Positions 55,041-64,000 of a stretch of DNA of 64,000 nt are shown here, in pieces (the first letter of the stretch is position 1; the number at the start of each line of letters is the position of its first letter). Made by a program: the position numbers and the translations under genes. The notes under the pieces are model-generated. The model had not been told where the DNA came from. It searched no databases and saw only the letters and a list, made by a program, of their open reading frames with translations. The stretch is from the NCBI GenBank assembly GCA_944336625.1, contig CALVLF010000101.1, positions 1,029 to 65,028 of the forward strand. The letters run 5' to 3'. The DNA is from an uncultured Clostridia bacterium (lineage in GTDB: Bacteria > Bacillota > Clostridia > Christensenellales > CAG-138).

Positions 55041-55616
55041 ATGGCCAAACTGACCCTGGAGCGGGCCCAGGCCCTGCTGAAAAAACATACCACCGAGCCC
55101 CATCTTTTTACCCATGCCCTGGCCGTCAGCGCCGCCATGGGCGCCATGGCCCGGCATTTCGGGGAGGACCCGGAATATTGGCAGGCCATCGGCTATCTCC
55201 ATGATGTGGACTTTGAAAAATATCCGGAGGAGCATTGTAAGCATATCCGGGAACTGCTGGAAGGGGAAGATGTGGATCCTCAGGATGTGGATATCCTCAT
55301 CTCCCATGGTTACGGCCTCTGTACCCACGAGGTGGAACCCACCACCCCCATCATGAAAAGCCTCTATACTGTGGACGAGCTTACGGGCATCGTCATGGCG
55401 GCGGCCCTCATGCGGCCCACGGGCATTTCGGATATGGAAGTAAAGAGCCTGAAGAAAAAATTCAAGGATAAGGGCTTTGCTGCCAAATGCAACCGGGCCG
55501 TCATCCAGCAGGGCTGCGATATGCTGGGCATGGACCTTTCGGAGGTCATGGCCCTGACCATCCAGGGCATGCGAACGGAAGCGGAGGCCCTGGGCATCGG
55601 CCCCAAGGCCGAATAA
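55041..55616 (+). CDS. HD-domain (HDIG-type) metal-dependent phosphohydrolase
   Basis: H...HD motif (THALAVSAAM...GYLHDVDFEKYPEEH). About 191 aa from ATG 55041. Confidence 0.8.
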   Translation: MAKLTLERAQALLKKHTTEPHLFTHALAVSAAMGAMARHFGEDPEYWQAIGYLHDVDFEKYPEEHCKHIRELLEGEDVDPQDVDILISHGYGLCTHEVEPTTPIMKSLYTVDELTGIVMAAALMRPTGISDMEVKSLKKKFKDKGFAAKCNRAVIQQGCDMLGMDLSEVMALTIQGMRTEAEALGIGPKAE

Positions 55617-55682
55617 GTGGATTTTTCTCCCATGGGCCCTGCCGGCATGGACGGCGGGCCCGGGAAAGGATAGAATGAGAGT

Positions 55683-56141
55683 ATGGAATATATGGATGCA
55701 TCCCCTGATTGGACCCTTCTCTCCCGGGTACGGGAGGCCCTGGCCCTGCCGGGCCGGGACCCCCGGCAGCTCAGCCCTCTGGTGCTGGCCTATGTGGGGG
55801 ATACGGTCTATGACCTGTATGTGCGCACCCGGCTCATCCTCTCCACCGATGCCACGGCCCATGGCCTGCATATGCGAGCGGCAAGGCTGGTCTGCGCCGG
55901 GGCACAGGCGGCGGCGGTCCGCCCCATTTTGGACAGGCTCACAGAGGAGGAGCTGGCCGTTTATAAGCGGGGCCGCAACAGCCATATGGGCACCGTGCCC
56001 AAGCACGCCGCCATTCAGGATTACCGGGCCGCTACGGGGCTGGAAGCCCTGGTGGGCTATTTATATCTGGGAGGCCAGGACGCTAGGCTCACGGAGCTGA
56101 TGGCACTCTTGATGAGAGACGAGGAGAAGGAACATGCCTGA
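55683..56141 (+). CDS. mrnC: Mini-ribonuclease 3
   Basis: The LAYVGDTVYDLYVR and YRAATGLEALVGYLYL motifs identify Mini-III. Confidence 0.85.
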   Translation: MEYMDASPDWTLLSRVREALALPGRDPRQLSPLVLAYVGDTVYDLYVRTRLILSTDATAHGLHMRAARLVCAGAQAAAVRPILDRLTEEELAVYKRGRNSHMGTVPKHAAIQDYRAATGLEALVGYLYLGGQDARLTELMALLMRDEEKEHA

Positions 56142-56898
56142 AACAGTTTTAAAGGTGCGGCTTCTTTGCTGCACGCCGCAGCCGGCCCGGGCCGTAGCCC
56201 TGGGGGGGCGGCTCTGTTATAGCGATACGGATATTGAGCAGCTTTATGGGGATATGGCCCCCAAAAGCGAGGCCTTTGTAGATAAGCTGCTGGCTATGGG
56301 GCATCTTTCCCCCATCGAGCATGCCAGCTTTACCTTTGGCATCCAGGGGGTATCCCGGGCCCTGCTGGCCCAGATTACCCGCCATAGGATCGCCAGCTTT
56401 TCCGTCCAGTCCCAGCGGTATGTGGCCAAGGACCGGCTGGATTATGTCCTGCCCCCCAGCATACGGGCCCTGGGGCCGGAGGCTGTGGCGGAATTTGAAG
56501 CGGATATGGATGCCGCCTATGCTGCCTATGATAAATGGCGCCAGCGGGGAATCCCGGCGGAGGATGCCCGCTTCGCCCTGCCCAATGGGGCCGAAACCCG
56601 CATGCTGGTCACCATGAATGCCCGGGAGCTGCTGCATTTCTTCCAGCTGCGCTGCTGCAACCGGGCCCAGTGGGAAATTCGCCGCCTGGCCTGGTGCATG
56701 CTGGGCATGGCCCTGCGGGAAGCCCCGGCCATCTTTGCCCACGGGGGGCCAAATTGCCTGAGGCGGGGCTGTACGGAAGGGAAAATGTGCTGCGGAAAAG
56801 GGGAGGAAATCCAGGCCCTGGCCCAGGAGCTGGCCGCCTTTGTGGGGGAAGGGCCCAGCGATGCAGCCATCTGCAGCTGGGTATTGGCCCGGCTCTAA
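56134..56898 (+). CDS. thyX: FAD-dependent thymidylate synthase
   Basis: ThyX signature RHRIASFSVQSQRY and SPIEHASFTF. Confidence 0.9.
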   Translation: MPETVLKVRLLCCTPQPARAVALGGRLCYSDTDIEQLYGDMAPKSEAFVDKLLAMGHLSPIEHASFTFGIQGVSRALLAQITRHRIASFSVQSQRYVAKDRLDYVLPPSIRALGPEAVAEFEADMDAAYAAYDKWRQRGIPAEDARFALPNGAETRMLVTMNARELLHFFQLRCCNRAQWEIRRLAWCMLGMALREAPAIFAHGGPNCLRRGCTEGKMCCGKGEEIQALAQELAAFVGEGPSDAAICSWVLARL

Positions 56899-56928
56899 TC
56901 CCCGTATACAAACAAGGAGGAGAAGCAA

Positions 56929-57933
56929 ATGGCATATTCGGATAAACGGTCCGGCTATGGCCGCAATGGTGCCCAGGGAACGGGCCGGAGCGGCCGCTAT
57001 GGGGAAGAGAGCCGGGGAAGCCGCTATGGGGCGGAGGACCGCCCCCGCCGGGGCAGGGGGAATGCCCCCGCCAGCGGGAATGGAAAGGGCCGGGATGCCC
57101 GCCAGAAGGAGCGGGAGGCCGGCAGAAAGGCGGCAGAGGCGGCGAAACCGGCTCCCGTTGCCCCGGAGCGGGCCCCGCTGGAGGATGAACTTCCCTATAT
57201 CATCATGGGGCGCAACGCCGTAAAGGAGGCCCTGCGCAGCGGCAGGAGCATCGACCGCATTCTGGTGAATAAGGAGCTGGATGGCTCCCTGCGGGAGCTG
57301 GTCAATATGGCCCGGGACCGGAATATCCAGCTGCGGGAAGCGGATAAAGCCAAGCTGGCTGCCCTGTGTATGCCCTTTGGCCATGGCAGCAAGCCCGGCA
57401 ACCACCAGGGCATTGTGGCCCAGGTGCCAGGGGTGGAATACTGCGAGGTGGAGGATATCCTGGCCGTGGCTCGGGAGCGGGGGGAAAGCCCCTTCCTCAT
57501 CCTGTTGGATGGCATTGAAGACCCCCATAACCTGGGTTCCATCCTGCGCAGCGCCGAATGCGCCGGGGCCCATGGGGTTATTCTGCCCAAGCGGCGCAGC
57601 GCCTCCGTAACGGCGGCAGCCTGCAAGGCTTCCGCCGGGGCGGTGGAATATATCAAGGTAGCAAGGGTAGCCAATCTGGCGGATACCATGCGCCAGCTCA
57701 AGGCTAAGGGCCTGTGGCTGGCCGGGGCGGATATGGCCGGCACCCCCATGACCCAGGCCGATATGAAAGGCCCCCTGGGCCTAGTCATCGGCAGCGAGGG
57801 GGAGGGGCTGGGCCGTTTGGTGCGGGAAAGCTGCGATTTTCTTGTCTCCATCCCCATGGCCGGGCATCTGGACTCCCTCAATGCTGCCGTGGCGGCGGCC
57901 ATCCTCATGTTTGAAAAGAGAAGGCAGGGGTAA
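56929..57933 (+). CDS. rlmB: 23S rRNA (guanosine-2'-O)-methyltransferase RlmB (SpoU/TrmH family) with R/G-rich N-terminal extension
   Basis: SpoU motifs are present: LDGIEDPHNLGSILRSAECAGAHGVIL, LVIGSEGEGL and SLNAAVAAAILMFE. The first ~90 aa are RG-rich. RBS AAGGAGGAG. Confidence 0.9.
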   Translation: MAYSDKRSGYGRNGAQGTGRSGRYGEESRGSRYGAEDRPRRGRGNAPASGNGKGRDARQKEREAGRKAAEAAKPAPVAPERAPLEDELPYIIMGRNAVKEALRSGRSIDRILVNKELDGSLRELVNMARDRNIQLREADKAKLAALCMPFGHGSKPGNHQGIVAQVPGVEYCEVEDILAVARERGESPFLILLDGIEDPHNLGSILRSAECAGAHGVILPKRRSASVTAAACKASAGAVEYIKVARVANLADTMRQLKAKGLWLAGADMAGTPMTQADMKGPLGLVIGSEGEGLGRLVRESCDFLVSIPMAGHLDSLNAAVAAAILMFEKRRQG

Positions 57934-58536
57934 ATGGATATTGCGGATGAAGCCCTGGTAAGGCAGGCCCAGGCCGGCGACGGAGAGGCAGCGGAGCGCC
58001 TGTGCGAACGGTATAAGGATTTGGTGCGGGGATTGGCCCGGCCTTATTTCCTCCTGGGCGGAGACCGGGATGACCTGCTCCAGGAGGGGATGATCGGCCT
58101 GTATAACGCCATCCTCGGCTATGCGCCGGAGCGGGGGGCCCCCTTCCGCTCCTTTGCAGAGCTGTGCATCACCCGGCGAATCCTCAGCGCCGTGAAGATG
58201 GCCGCCCGCAACAAGCACCTGCCCCTGAACAACTACGTTTCCCTCAGCGGCCGCCTTACGGCAGACCCGGAGGACCAGCGCCAGCTTATGGATGCCCTGC
58301 CCCTGGGCGCCCAGAATCCGGAGGATACCTTTTTGCAAAAGGAGGCGGATGCCTATATGCAGTCCCTTCTGCAGGAACGGCTTTCCCCCTTTGAAAAGCA
58401 GGTGGTGGAGCTCTTTCTTTCCGGCCTCCGGTACCAGCAGATTGCCGAGGCCCTTTCCTGCTCCCGCAAGAGCGTGGATAACGCTCTGCAGCGGGTCCGG
58501 CGGAAGATTGCAGAGGCGCCGGAGGAGGGGCGCTGA
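57934..58536 (+). CDS. sigH: RNA polymerase sporulation sigma factor SigH
   Basis: The region 2 sequence DLLQEGMIGLYNAILGY....FRSFAELCITRRILSAVKMAARNKH is SigH-typical. The mrnC-rlmB-sigH neighbourhood is conserved in Firmicutes. Confidence 0.9.
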   Translation: MDIADEALVRQAQAGDGEAAERLCERYKDLVRGLARPYFLLGGDRDDLLQEGMIGLYNAILGYAPERGAPFRSFAELCITRRILSAVKMAARNKHLPLNNYVSLSGRLTADPEDQRQLMDALPLGAQNPEDTFLQKEADAYMQSLLQERLSPFEKQVVELFLSGLRYQQIAEALSCSRKSVDNALQRVRRKIAEAPEEGR

Positions 58537-58544
58537 GGGCGCGG

Positions 58545-58815
58545 GCACTGGGGGGCGGCGGCGTTTGGCGGCCCAAAGGGCCGCCAAACCAAAGGCAAGG
58601 CCGGGGCGCAGCCCCGGCCCTGCCTTTGTGCGCGCTCTGCGCGCCCGCCGCCCCCTTTGCGTATCTCCACAAACGTTCCTTTCAGCCTCCGGCGAAAGCC
58701 TGGCCCCATAATCGACGGGGCCGGGCGGCACGCAAGGAAGGGCGCGGGAACTGGGGCGGGCTGCCCGCCAGCGTCCGTGCGCTGTAGCCGCGCGCTAGCG
58801 CCTTCCGACCCCCCA
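58545..58815. repeat. Modular multi-hairpin repeat locus R6 (cassette A-H-T, reverse orientation)
   Basis: Cassette A at 58551-58655, H at 58695-58729, T about 58730-58815. It starts 9 nt after the sigH stop. Confidence 0.9.
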
Positions 58816-58991
58816 GAGGGGCCTTTTCGGCAGCATCGAGCCATTTCCGCGAGGAAGTGGCCTTTGTATAAATTCGATTGGGCTTCCGGCCCTTGCATTT
58901 CCATCCGGCTTCCCGTATAGTATGGATAGATTATCACGTATTTCCTTCTCTCATCTTCTCTCTTTTCCGCTCACTTTTTAAGGAGGCCCCT

Positions 58992-60323
58992 ATGGAATCC
59001 AATACAAAATCTGCCCGGATCTTTTCCTGGAATGGCATGCCGCCTTTGGGCCAAGCCCTTCCCCTGGCCCTGCAGCATGTAGTCGCTATGATTGTGGGCT
59101 GCGTAACCCCCTCCCTGGTTATCGCCGGCAGCGGCGTGGCCAATCTTTCCCCGGCGGACACCACCCTGCTGGTCCAGTCCGCCCTGTTCATCGCGGGCAT
59201 TGCCACCCTGGTGCAGCTTTTCCCCATCGGCAAACGGATCGGCGCAGGCCTGCCGGTGATCATGGGGGCCAGCTTCGCTTACCTGCCTACCCTCCAGTCC
59301 ATCGGCATCGAGTTCGGCATCGCCGCCATCTTCGGCTCCCAGCTCATCGGCGGAGCGGTGAGCATACTGGTGGGCATCTTCATCAAAAAGCTGCGGCCCT
59401 TCTTCCCGCCCCTGGTGACGGGCACGGTGGTATTCACCATCGGCCTTTCCCTGTATCCTACGGCCATCCGCTATATGGCCGGGGGGGATGGGAACCCGGC
59501 CTTCGGCTCCGTCCTCAACTGGGGGGTGGCGGTGGCTACCCTGCTGGTGGTTCTGGCCCTGAACCATTATACAAAGGGCTTCGTCAAGCTGGCCAGCCTC
59601 CTCATCGGCATGGTTGTGGGGTATGTCCTTTCCCTGTGCCTGGGGATGGTGGATTTTTCCCCGGTGGAGGAGGCCGCCTGGGTAGCCACGCCGGAACTTC
59701 TGCCCTTTGGCATAGCCTTTTATCCCACGGCAGTCATATCCATGGTGATCATGTATGTGGTAAATTCCGTCCAGGCCATCGGCGACCTTTCCGCTACCAC
59801 CGGCGGCGCCATGGACCGGGAGCCTACGGACCGGGAGCTTTCCGGGGGCATCGTGGGCAATGGCGCCACCAGCATACTGGGCTCCCTTCTGGGGGGCCTG
59901 CCCACGGCCACCTATAGCCAGAACGTAGGCATCGTTACCATCACCCGGGTGATCAACCGCTGGGTGCTGGGCCTGGCGGGCACCCTTATCCTCCTGGCAG
60001 CCTTTCTGCCCAAGTTCGCCAGCCTTTTGACCACCATTCCCCAGTGCGTGCTGGGTGGCGCTACTATTACGGTTTTCGCCTCCATCACCATGACGGGCAT
60101 GCGGCTCATTACCAGCCGGAAAATGCCCTACCGCAGCATGTCCATCGTAGGCCTGTCTGTAGCCCTGGGCCAGGGGATCATCGCCGTGCCCGGGGCCCTG
60201 GCGGGCTTCCCCTCCTGGGTGGATTCGGTTTTCGGCAGCTCCTCCGTGGTAATCGCCACCTGTACCGCCGTCATCATGAACCTGATCCTGCCCAAGGATA
60301 AGCCGGAGGACAATCCCGCCTAA
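58992..60323 (+). CDS. NCS2-family nucleobase:cation symporter (uracil/xanthine permease-like)
   Basis: LALQHVVAMIVGCVTP, YSQNVGIVTITRV and about 13 TM segments identify the family. RBS AAGGAGG lies before ATG 58992. The track start at 58878 was rejected. Confidence 0.9.
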   Translation: MESNTKSARIFSWNGMPPLGQALPLALQHVVAMIVGCVTPSLVIAGSGVANLSPADTTLLVQSALFIAGIATLVQLFPIGKRIGAGLPVIMGASFAYLPTLQSIGIEFGIAAIFGSQLIGGAVSILVGIFIKKLRPFFPPLVTGTVVFTIGLSLYPTAIRYMAGGDGNPAFGSVLNWGVAVATLLVVLALNHYTKGFVKLASLLIGMVVGYVLSLCLGMVDFSPVEEAAWVATPELLPFGIAFYPTAVISMVIMYVVNSVQAIGDLSATTGGAMDREPTDRELSGGIVGNGATSILGSLLGGLPTATYSQNVGIVTITRVINRWVLGLAGTLILLAAFLPKFASLLTTIPQCVLGGATITVFASITMTGMRLITSRKMPYRSMSIVGLSVALGQGIIAVPGALAGFPSWVDSVFGSSSVVIATCTAVIMNLILPKDKPEDNPA

Positions 60324-60385
60324 ATGCAGTTTATGCAGCGCAGCGCCCCTGCCTTCGTTATGGGAAGCAGGGGCGTTGCATATCG

Positions 60386-60411
60386 AAAAAGTGGCCCATG
60401 GGCCACTTTTT
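60386..60411 (+). terminator. Rho-independent terminator
   Basis: AAAAAGTGGCC-catg-GGCCACTTTTT is a perfect palindrome, 60 nt after the permease stop. Confidence 0.7.
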
Positions 60412-60539
60412 CGAGCTTTTCAGCTTTGGCTTGTTCGTACCGCACGGCCAGCCAAAACTGCGAAGAACCCTTGCTGCGCAAGGCCCTTCCCTGGGGATCC
60501 CTTGCGCACTGGGCGGATTTCTCGTTTTTCCGTCGCTTA

Positions 60540-61265
60540 CGGCCAAAAGGTAGCTTTGCAGAATCTCCGCCGGAGGGGGCGGCGGTGCTTCGCAGCGGGC
60601 CGGGATGCTGGCATCCCGGCCCGCTGCGAAGGGGAGGGGCCGGTTTTACCGGCCCCTCCAGGAGCGCTCCGCGCTCCCGCCGCCGCCCCCGCGTATTCCC
60701 GCCAGCCTTCCTTTTTGCCTATGGAGAAAGCCGGGGGCCATGGCCTAGGCCCCCGGCGGCACATACGTCCCCGTCCAGCGGGATAAGGCTTCGCTACCGC
60801 AAGGAAAGAAAAAGCCCGGCCCCATAACCTAGGGGCCGGGCGGGGCTTAAGGAAAGTCGCGGGCAGGAACCAGCGATTCCCACAAACGTCTGTGCGCGAA
60901 TATGGCCGTGCGCGTAGGACCGGGGCGGCGGCGTTTGGCGGCCCCAAGGGCCGCCAAACCAAAGGCAGGGCCGGGCTGTGCCCCGGCCCTGCCTTTGTGT
61001 GCGCTCCGCGCACCTGCCGCCCCCCGCCGGGCTTTCGCCGGCCTTCCTTTTCCCCTCCGCCAAAGCCGGGCGAACCGGATTTCGCCCGGCGGCAGGAAAG
61101 GCAGCTAGAAAGGTGTGCCCTTCCGCTTGCGCGAGAAAAGATAAAGCCGGGGCCCATAATCCAGGGCCCCGGCGGCACTTAAGGAACGGCGCGGGCTCTG
61201 CGCGGCAGGCTGCCCGCTTAACGTTTATGCGCGAATATCGCTGTCCGCGTAGGACCGGCGCTATA
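60540..61265. repeat. Modular multi-hairpin repeat locus R7 (cassette B-H-H-T-cassette A-G-H-T, reverse orientation)
   Basis: Cassette B at 60575-60690. H at 60727-60760, 60810-60845 and 61143-61176. T about 60846-60921 and 61177-61262. Cassette A at 60922-61025, with a G hairpin near 61066-61093. Confidence 0.9.
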
Positions 61266-61297
61266 GCCGGGCTTTTCAGGCAAAATGGCGCTCCTGC

Positions 61298-61594
61298 CTA
61301 TTCCTTCCGCCCCAGCCGCCGGATCACCAGCTTATACCCATCCGCCCCATATTGCAGGCACTTGTTCACCCGGGAGATGGTAGCCGTAGAGGCGCCGGTC
61401 TTTTCCACAATGGCGTTATACCGGCCGCCCTCTGCCAGCAGCTCCGCCACCTCAAGGCGCTGGGCCATATCCTCCAGCTCGCCGGCAGTGGCCACGTCCT
61501 CAAAAAAGCGGTAGCAATCCTCCCGGCTTTCCAGGGTGAGCAGGGCATCAAAGAAACGGTCCATGGAAAGGGATTCCATTTTGCTGTGGTACAT
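61298..61594 (-). CDS. YerC/YecD-family TrpR-like DNA-binding protein
   Basis: 98 aa. The sequence EDCYRFFEDVATAGELEDMAQRLEVAELL...YNAIVEKTGASTATISRVNKCL is the conserved YerC/YecD sequence. Confidence 0.85.
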   Translation of the reverse strand: MYHSKMESLSMDRFFDALLTLESREDCYRFFEDVATAGELEDMAQRLEVAELLAEGGRYNAIVEKTGASTATISRVNKCLQYGADGYKLVIRRLGRKE

Positions 61595-61626
61595 AGAGGT
61601 TTCTCCTCGATTGAAAAAAATTATTC

Positions 61627-62406
61627 CTACCGGACGGCCTGCAGGAAGGCCTGCAGCCGCTGGGATTTGGGCGAACCAAACAGGGCCTCTGGCGGGCCTT
61701 CCTCCGCAATGAGGCCGCCATCCATGAAGATGACCCGGCTGGATACATCCCGGGCAAAGCCCATCTCATGGGTGACGATAATCATGGTCATGTGCTGCTC
61801 CGCCAGCCGGCGGATGGCCCGGAGGACCTCGCCGGAAATCTCCGGGTCCAGGGCGGAGGTGGGCTCATCAAAGCAGAGGATATCCGGCTTCAGGGCCAGG
61901 GCCCGGGCAATGGCCACCCGCTGCTGCTGGCCGCCGGAAAGCTGATGGGGATAGGAATGGAGCTTATCCGCCAGGCCCACCTGCTCCAGAAGGGATTGGC
62001 CTTCCTCCTGGATCTCCGCTAAGATCCGGGCCCGGTCCTGGCGGTAATCCTCCCGCTCCCGGGCTAGGAGCTGAGGGGCCAGGGTGACGTTTTGCAGGGC
62101 CGTATATTGGGGGAACAGGTTGAAGGACTGGAATACCAGGCCAAAGTGCAGCCGCTTTTTCCGCACCCCGGCTTCTTTTTGCGTAGAAGGGTCGGCGGCG
62201 TCAAAGAGGCATTCCCCCTTGACGTGGATTTGGCCGCCGCTGGGGGTTTCCAGGAAGTTGAGGCAGCGCAAAAGGGTGGTCTTGCCGCTGCCGGAGGAGC
62301 CTATTACGGATAGGACTTCCCCCTTTTCCAGGGAAAAGCTGATGCCGTTGAGCACGTTTACCGGGCCGAAGTGTTTTTTCAGGTCCCGAACCTCTAATAT
62401 CGCCAT
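61627..62406 (-). CDS. Polar amino acid ABC transporter ATP-binding protein
   Basis: Walker [10 protein letters not shown], signature [15 protein letters not shown], Walker [13 protein letters not shown] (GlnQ/HisP type). Confidence 0.9.
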   Translation of the reverse strand: MAILEVRDLKKHFGPVNVLNGISFSLEKGEVLSVIGSSGSGKTTLLRCLNFLETPSGGQIHVKGECLFDAADPSTQKEAGVRKKRLHFGLVFQSFNLFPQYTALQNVTLAPQLLAREREDYRQDRARILAEIQEEGQSLLEQVGLADKLHSYPHQLSGGQQQRVAIARALALKPDILCFDEPTSALDPEISGEVLRAIRRLAEQHMTMIIVTHEMGFARDVSSRVIFMDGGLIAEEGPPEALFGSPKSQRLQAFLQAVR

Positions 62407-62418
62407 GTATCTCCCCTC

Positions 62419-63072
62419 CTATACCCGGAAATAGTCCAGCTTGCGCTCCGCATAGCCCATAAGCAGGGTAACGGCCCCTACAAAGGCCAGGAAGTACAAG
62501 CCTGTGGAGAACAGGGGGCCAATGAGGCCTTTGGCCGTATACTCCTGGGCCATCATGATGATCTCCTTGCAGGAGATGATCCGGGCCAGGGAGGTATCCT
62601 TCACCAGGGTGATGATTTCGTTGCCCATGGGGGGAACGATGCGCTTGATCACCTGCAGCAAGGTGACTTTAAAGAAGATCTGCCTCTTGGTCATGCCCAA
62701 TACCTGGCCTGCCTCATGCTGGCCCTTGGGTATGGTTTCAATGCCCCCCCGGAATATCTCGGAGAAATAGCAGGCATAGTTGATGACAAAGGCCACCGTG
62801 GCCGCAGCCAAACGCCCGTCCGCGCCTGCGGGCCAGGGGTTGGTCATGCCCATGAGGCCGGGGCCCAGGAAGATGATGAGCAGCTGGAGCATCAAGGGCG
62901 TGCCCCGGATGATCCATACGAAGGTCTTTACCGCATAAGCTAGGGGCTTGAACTTGCTCATGGAGCCGAAGGAAATGATCAAGCCCAGGGGCAGGGCGAA
63001 TAAAAGGGTTAGGCCAAACAGCTTGCAGTTGATCGCAAAGCCTTCAAACAGGCGTTCAATGATGACAGCCAT
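62419..63072 (-). CDS. Polar amino acid ABC transporter permease (His/Glu/Gln/Arg/opine family)
   Basis: EAA-loop region IPKGQHEAGQVLGMTKRQIFFKVTLLQ. 5 TM segments. RBS GGGGAGG lies before MAVIIERL. Confidence 0.9.
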   Translation of the reverse strand: MAVIIERLFEGFAINCKLFGLTLLFALPLGLIISFGSMSKFKPLAYAVKTFVWIIRGTPLMLQLLIIFLGPGLMGMTNPWPAGADGRLAAATVAFVINYACYFSEIFRGGIETIPKGQHEAGQVLGMTKRQIFFKVTLLQVIKRIVPPMGNEIITLVKDTSLARIISCKEIIMMAQEYTAKGLIGPLFSTGLYFLAFVGAVTLLMGYAERKLDYFRV

Positions 63073-63199
63073 AAACGAACCTCCCCAGGGCGCCAAAGGG
63101 CCCTATGCTCTTAGGGGAAGGGGGCGCTCCCATGGACCGGGAATTGCAAAGCAAAAGGGAAAGCCCGCCTAAGGGGCCAGCTTTTCCCACAAGCCCCAT

Positions 63200-63229
63200 C
63201 CAGGCGGCCCGGAAAGCCGGGCCGCCTGG
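63200..63229 (-). other. Intercistronic 13-bp GC stem-loop between the binding-protein and permease genes
   Basis: CCAGGCGGCCCGG-aaag-CCGGGCCGCCTGG with no U-tract. This position is typical of mRNA-stabilising or attenuating hairpins in ABC operons. Confidence 0.5.
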
Positions 63230-63258
63230 GCAAACATCGGGAATGGGTAAAGCGGGGG

Positions 63259-64000
63259 TTATTCGGCCAGCTCCAGGCTGTATTTATCCGCCAGGGCTTG
63301 GAGGCTGCCATCGGCCACCATCTCATCGAAGATGGCATTGACTTCATCCCGGACATTGGAGCCCTTGCGGAAGGCTACACCATAATATTCTACCGCAAGT
63401 TCATCCTTGATTGCAAGGTCCGCATAGTCGGTCCCCTCGCCGGTCATGGCCTTAGCCAGGGTCAGGTCCAGTACAGCGGCAGCGGCCGTGCCCGCCTTGA
63501 CCTCCATGAGGCACTCGGTTTGGACGCCCTTGCCTACAAAATCCGCCTGGGACAGATTGGGGTCATCCTGGATGGTAGTTTCACCAGCGCTGCCGATCTC
63601 CGCAACCACGGTCTGGCCGATGAGGGAGCTGGTATCCGTATATTCGGCGTCCGCCTTCATAACCACCACCTGGGCGTTCTTTACATAGGGCTGGGTGCAG
63701 GCCATATTCGCTTCCCGGTCTGCGTCCAGGGTCATGCCGTTCCAAATGCAGTCAATGGTTTTGCCGCTGAGCTCCACTTCCTTGGTATCCCAGTTGATCT
63801 CCTGGAATTCCGGGGTCACGCCCAGCCTCTCGCATACGGCGGTGGCCAATTCCGTGTCAAAGCCGGTGAATACGCCGTTTTCATCCGTATAGTTCATGGG
63901 TTCATACACCGTATAGCCGATGATCATGGAACCCTTTTCCTTTATATAGGCTAGGTCATCATCGGCAGCCGGTTCCTCCGCCGGGGCGGCCTCCTCCGCT
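63259..64000 (-). CDS. Polar amino acid ABC transporter substrate-binding protein (5' end beyond the window)
   Basis: The family-3 SBP sequence YEPMNYTDENGVFTGFDTELATAVCERLGV...DCIWNGMTL is present. The reading frame stays open to position 64000 (..AEEAAPAEEPAADDDLAYIKEKGSMIIGY), so the N-terminus is outside the window. Confidence 0.85.
   Translation of the reverse strand, partial: AEEAAPAEEPAADDDLAYIKEKGSMIIGYTVYEPMNYTDENGVFTGFDTELATAVCERLGVTPEFQEINWDTKEVELSGKTIDCIWNGMTLDADREANMACTQPYVKNAQVVVMKADAEYTDTSSLIGQTVVAEIGSAGETTIQDDPNLSQADFVGKGVQTECLMEVKAGTAAAAVLDLTLAKAMTGEGTDYADLAIKDELAVEYYGVAFRKGSNVRDEVNAIFDEMVADGSLQALADKYSLELAE

Noticed and set aside
56149-57573. 474-aa minus-strand ORF opposite thyX/rlmB. 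Similar cases occur opposite the TAXI gene (10387-11439), the ABC ATPase (25466-26452), AEC (31300-32307), putP (34237-35298), pepF (35916-36929), GH13 (45787-46791) and HD/mrnC (54795-56006).
   Set aside because: All are antisense to genes with clear family signatures. All show the R/G/P/A-rich composition expected from the reverse frame of high-GC coding DNA.
58860-58991. Possible purine riboswitch upstream of the NCS2 nucleobase permease
   Set aside because: The sequence has TATA...TATAG ends and a TTTCCATCC stretch vaguely like the J2/3 region. However, the two internal hairpins have 4-5-nt loops instead of the conserved 7-nt kissing loops, and the conserved purine-riboswitch core nucleotides are absent.
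6617-61265. CRISPR array interpretation of the recurring hairpin repeats
   Set aside because: The repeats are not regularly spaced direct repeats separated by unique spacers of uniform length. Copies occur in both orientations at dispersed loci, and no cas genes are present.

Overview
High-GC (~62%) chromosomal segment from a spore-forming Firmicute. It looks like class Clostridia, Oscillospiraceae/Ruminococcaceae-like; this is inferred only from gene content (spoIID, cwlD, sigH, glgD, mini-RNase III) and composition. I support about 55 protein genes, nearly all housekeeping or transport. In window order they are: serC-serA; DeoR, glycerate kinase and a divergent 2-hydroxyacid dehydrogenase; an RluA-type pseudouridine synthase; a TAXI-TRAP transporter; an EndoQ(PHP)-UvrD helicase fusion; a secreted 5x SH3b protein; an APC permease; purA-purB; a YtrA-type GntR+ABC operon; MFS/AraC; DUF1015; AEC; queH; putP; pepF; the glycogen operon glgB-C-D-A plus a GH13 enzyme; spoIID; nfeD-floA; cwlD; mrnC-thyX-rlmB-sigH; an NCS2 permease; yerC; and a polar amino-acid ABC transporter. 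I saw no rRNA, tRNA, CRISPR array, transposase, integrase or recognisable defence genes. The unusual content is non-coding. (1) Seven intergenic loci (~4 kb, ~6% of the window) are built from one modular GC-rich multi-hairpin repeat family. It includes a ~105-nt cassette (closing helix plus three hairpins, 8 copies) with mirrored, stem-preserving substitutions, and 13 copies of a terminator-like hairpin. (2) Two homologous structured elements of 192 and 277 nt lie on opposite strands (1979-2170 and 38601-38877). I cannot assign either to a named family from memory. Many long ORFs in the supplied track are antisense or GC-composition artefacts, or read through the repeats; these were rejected.
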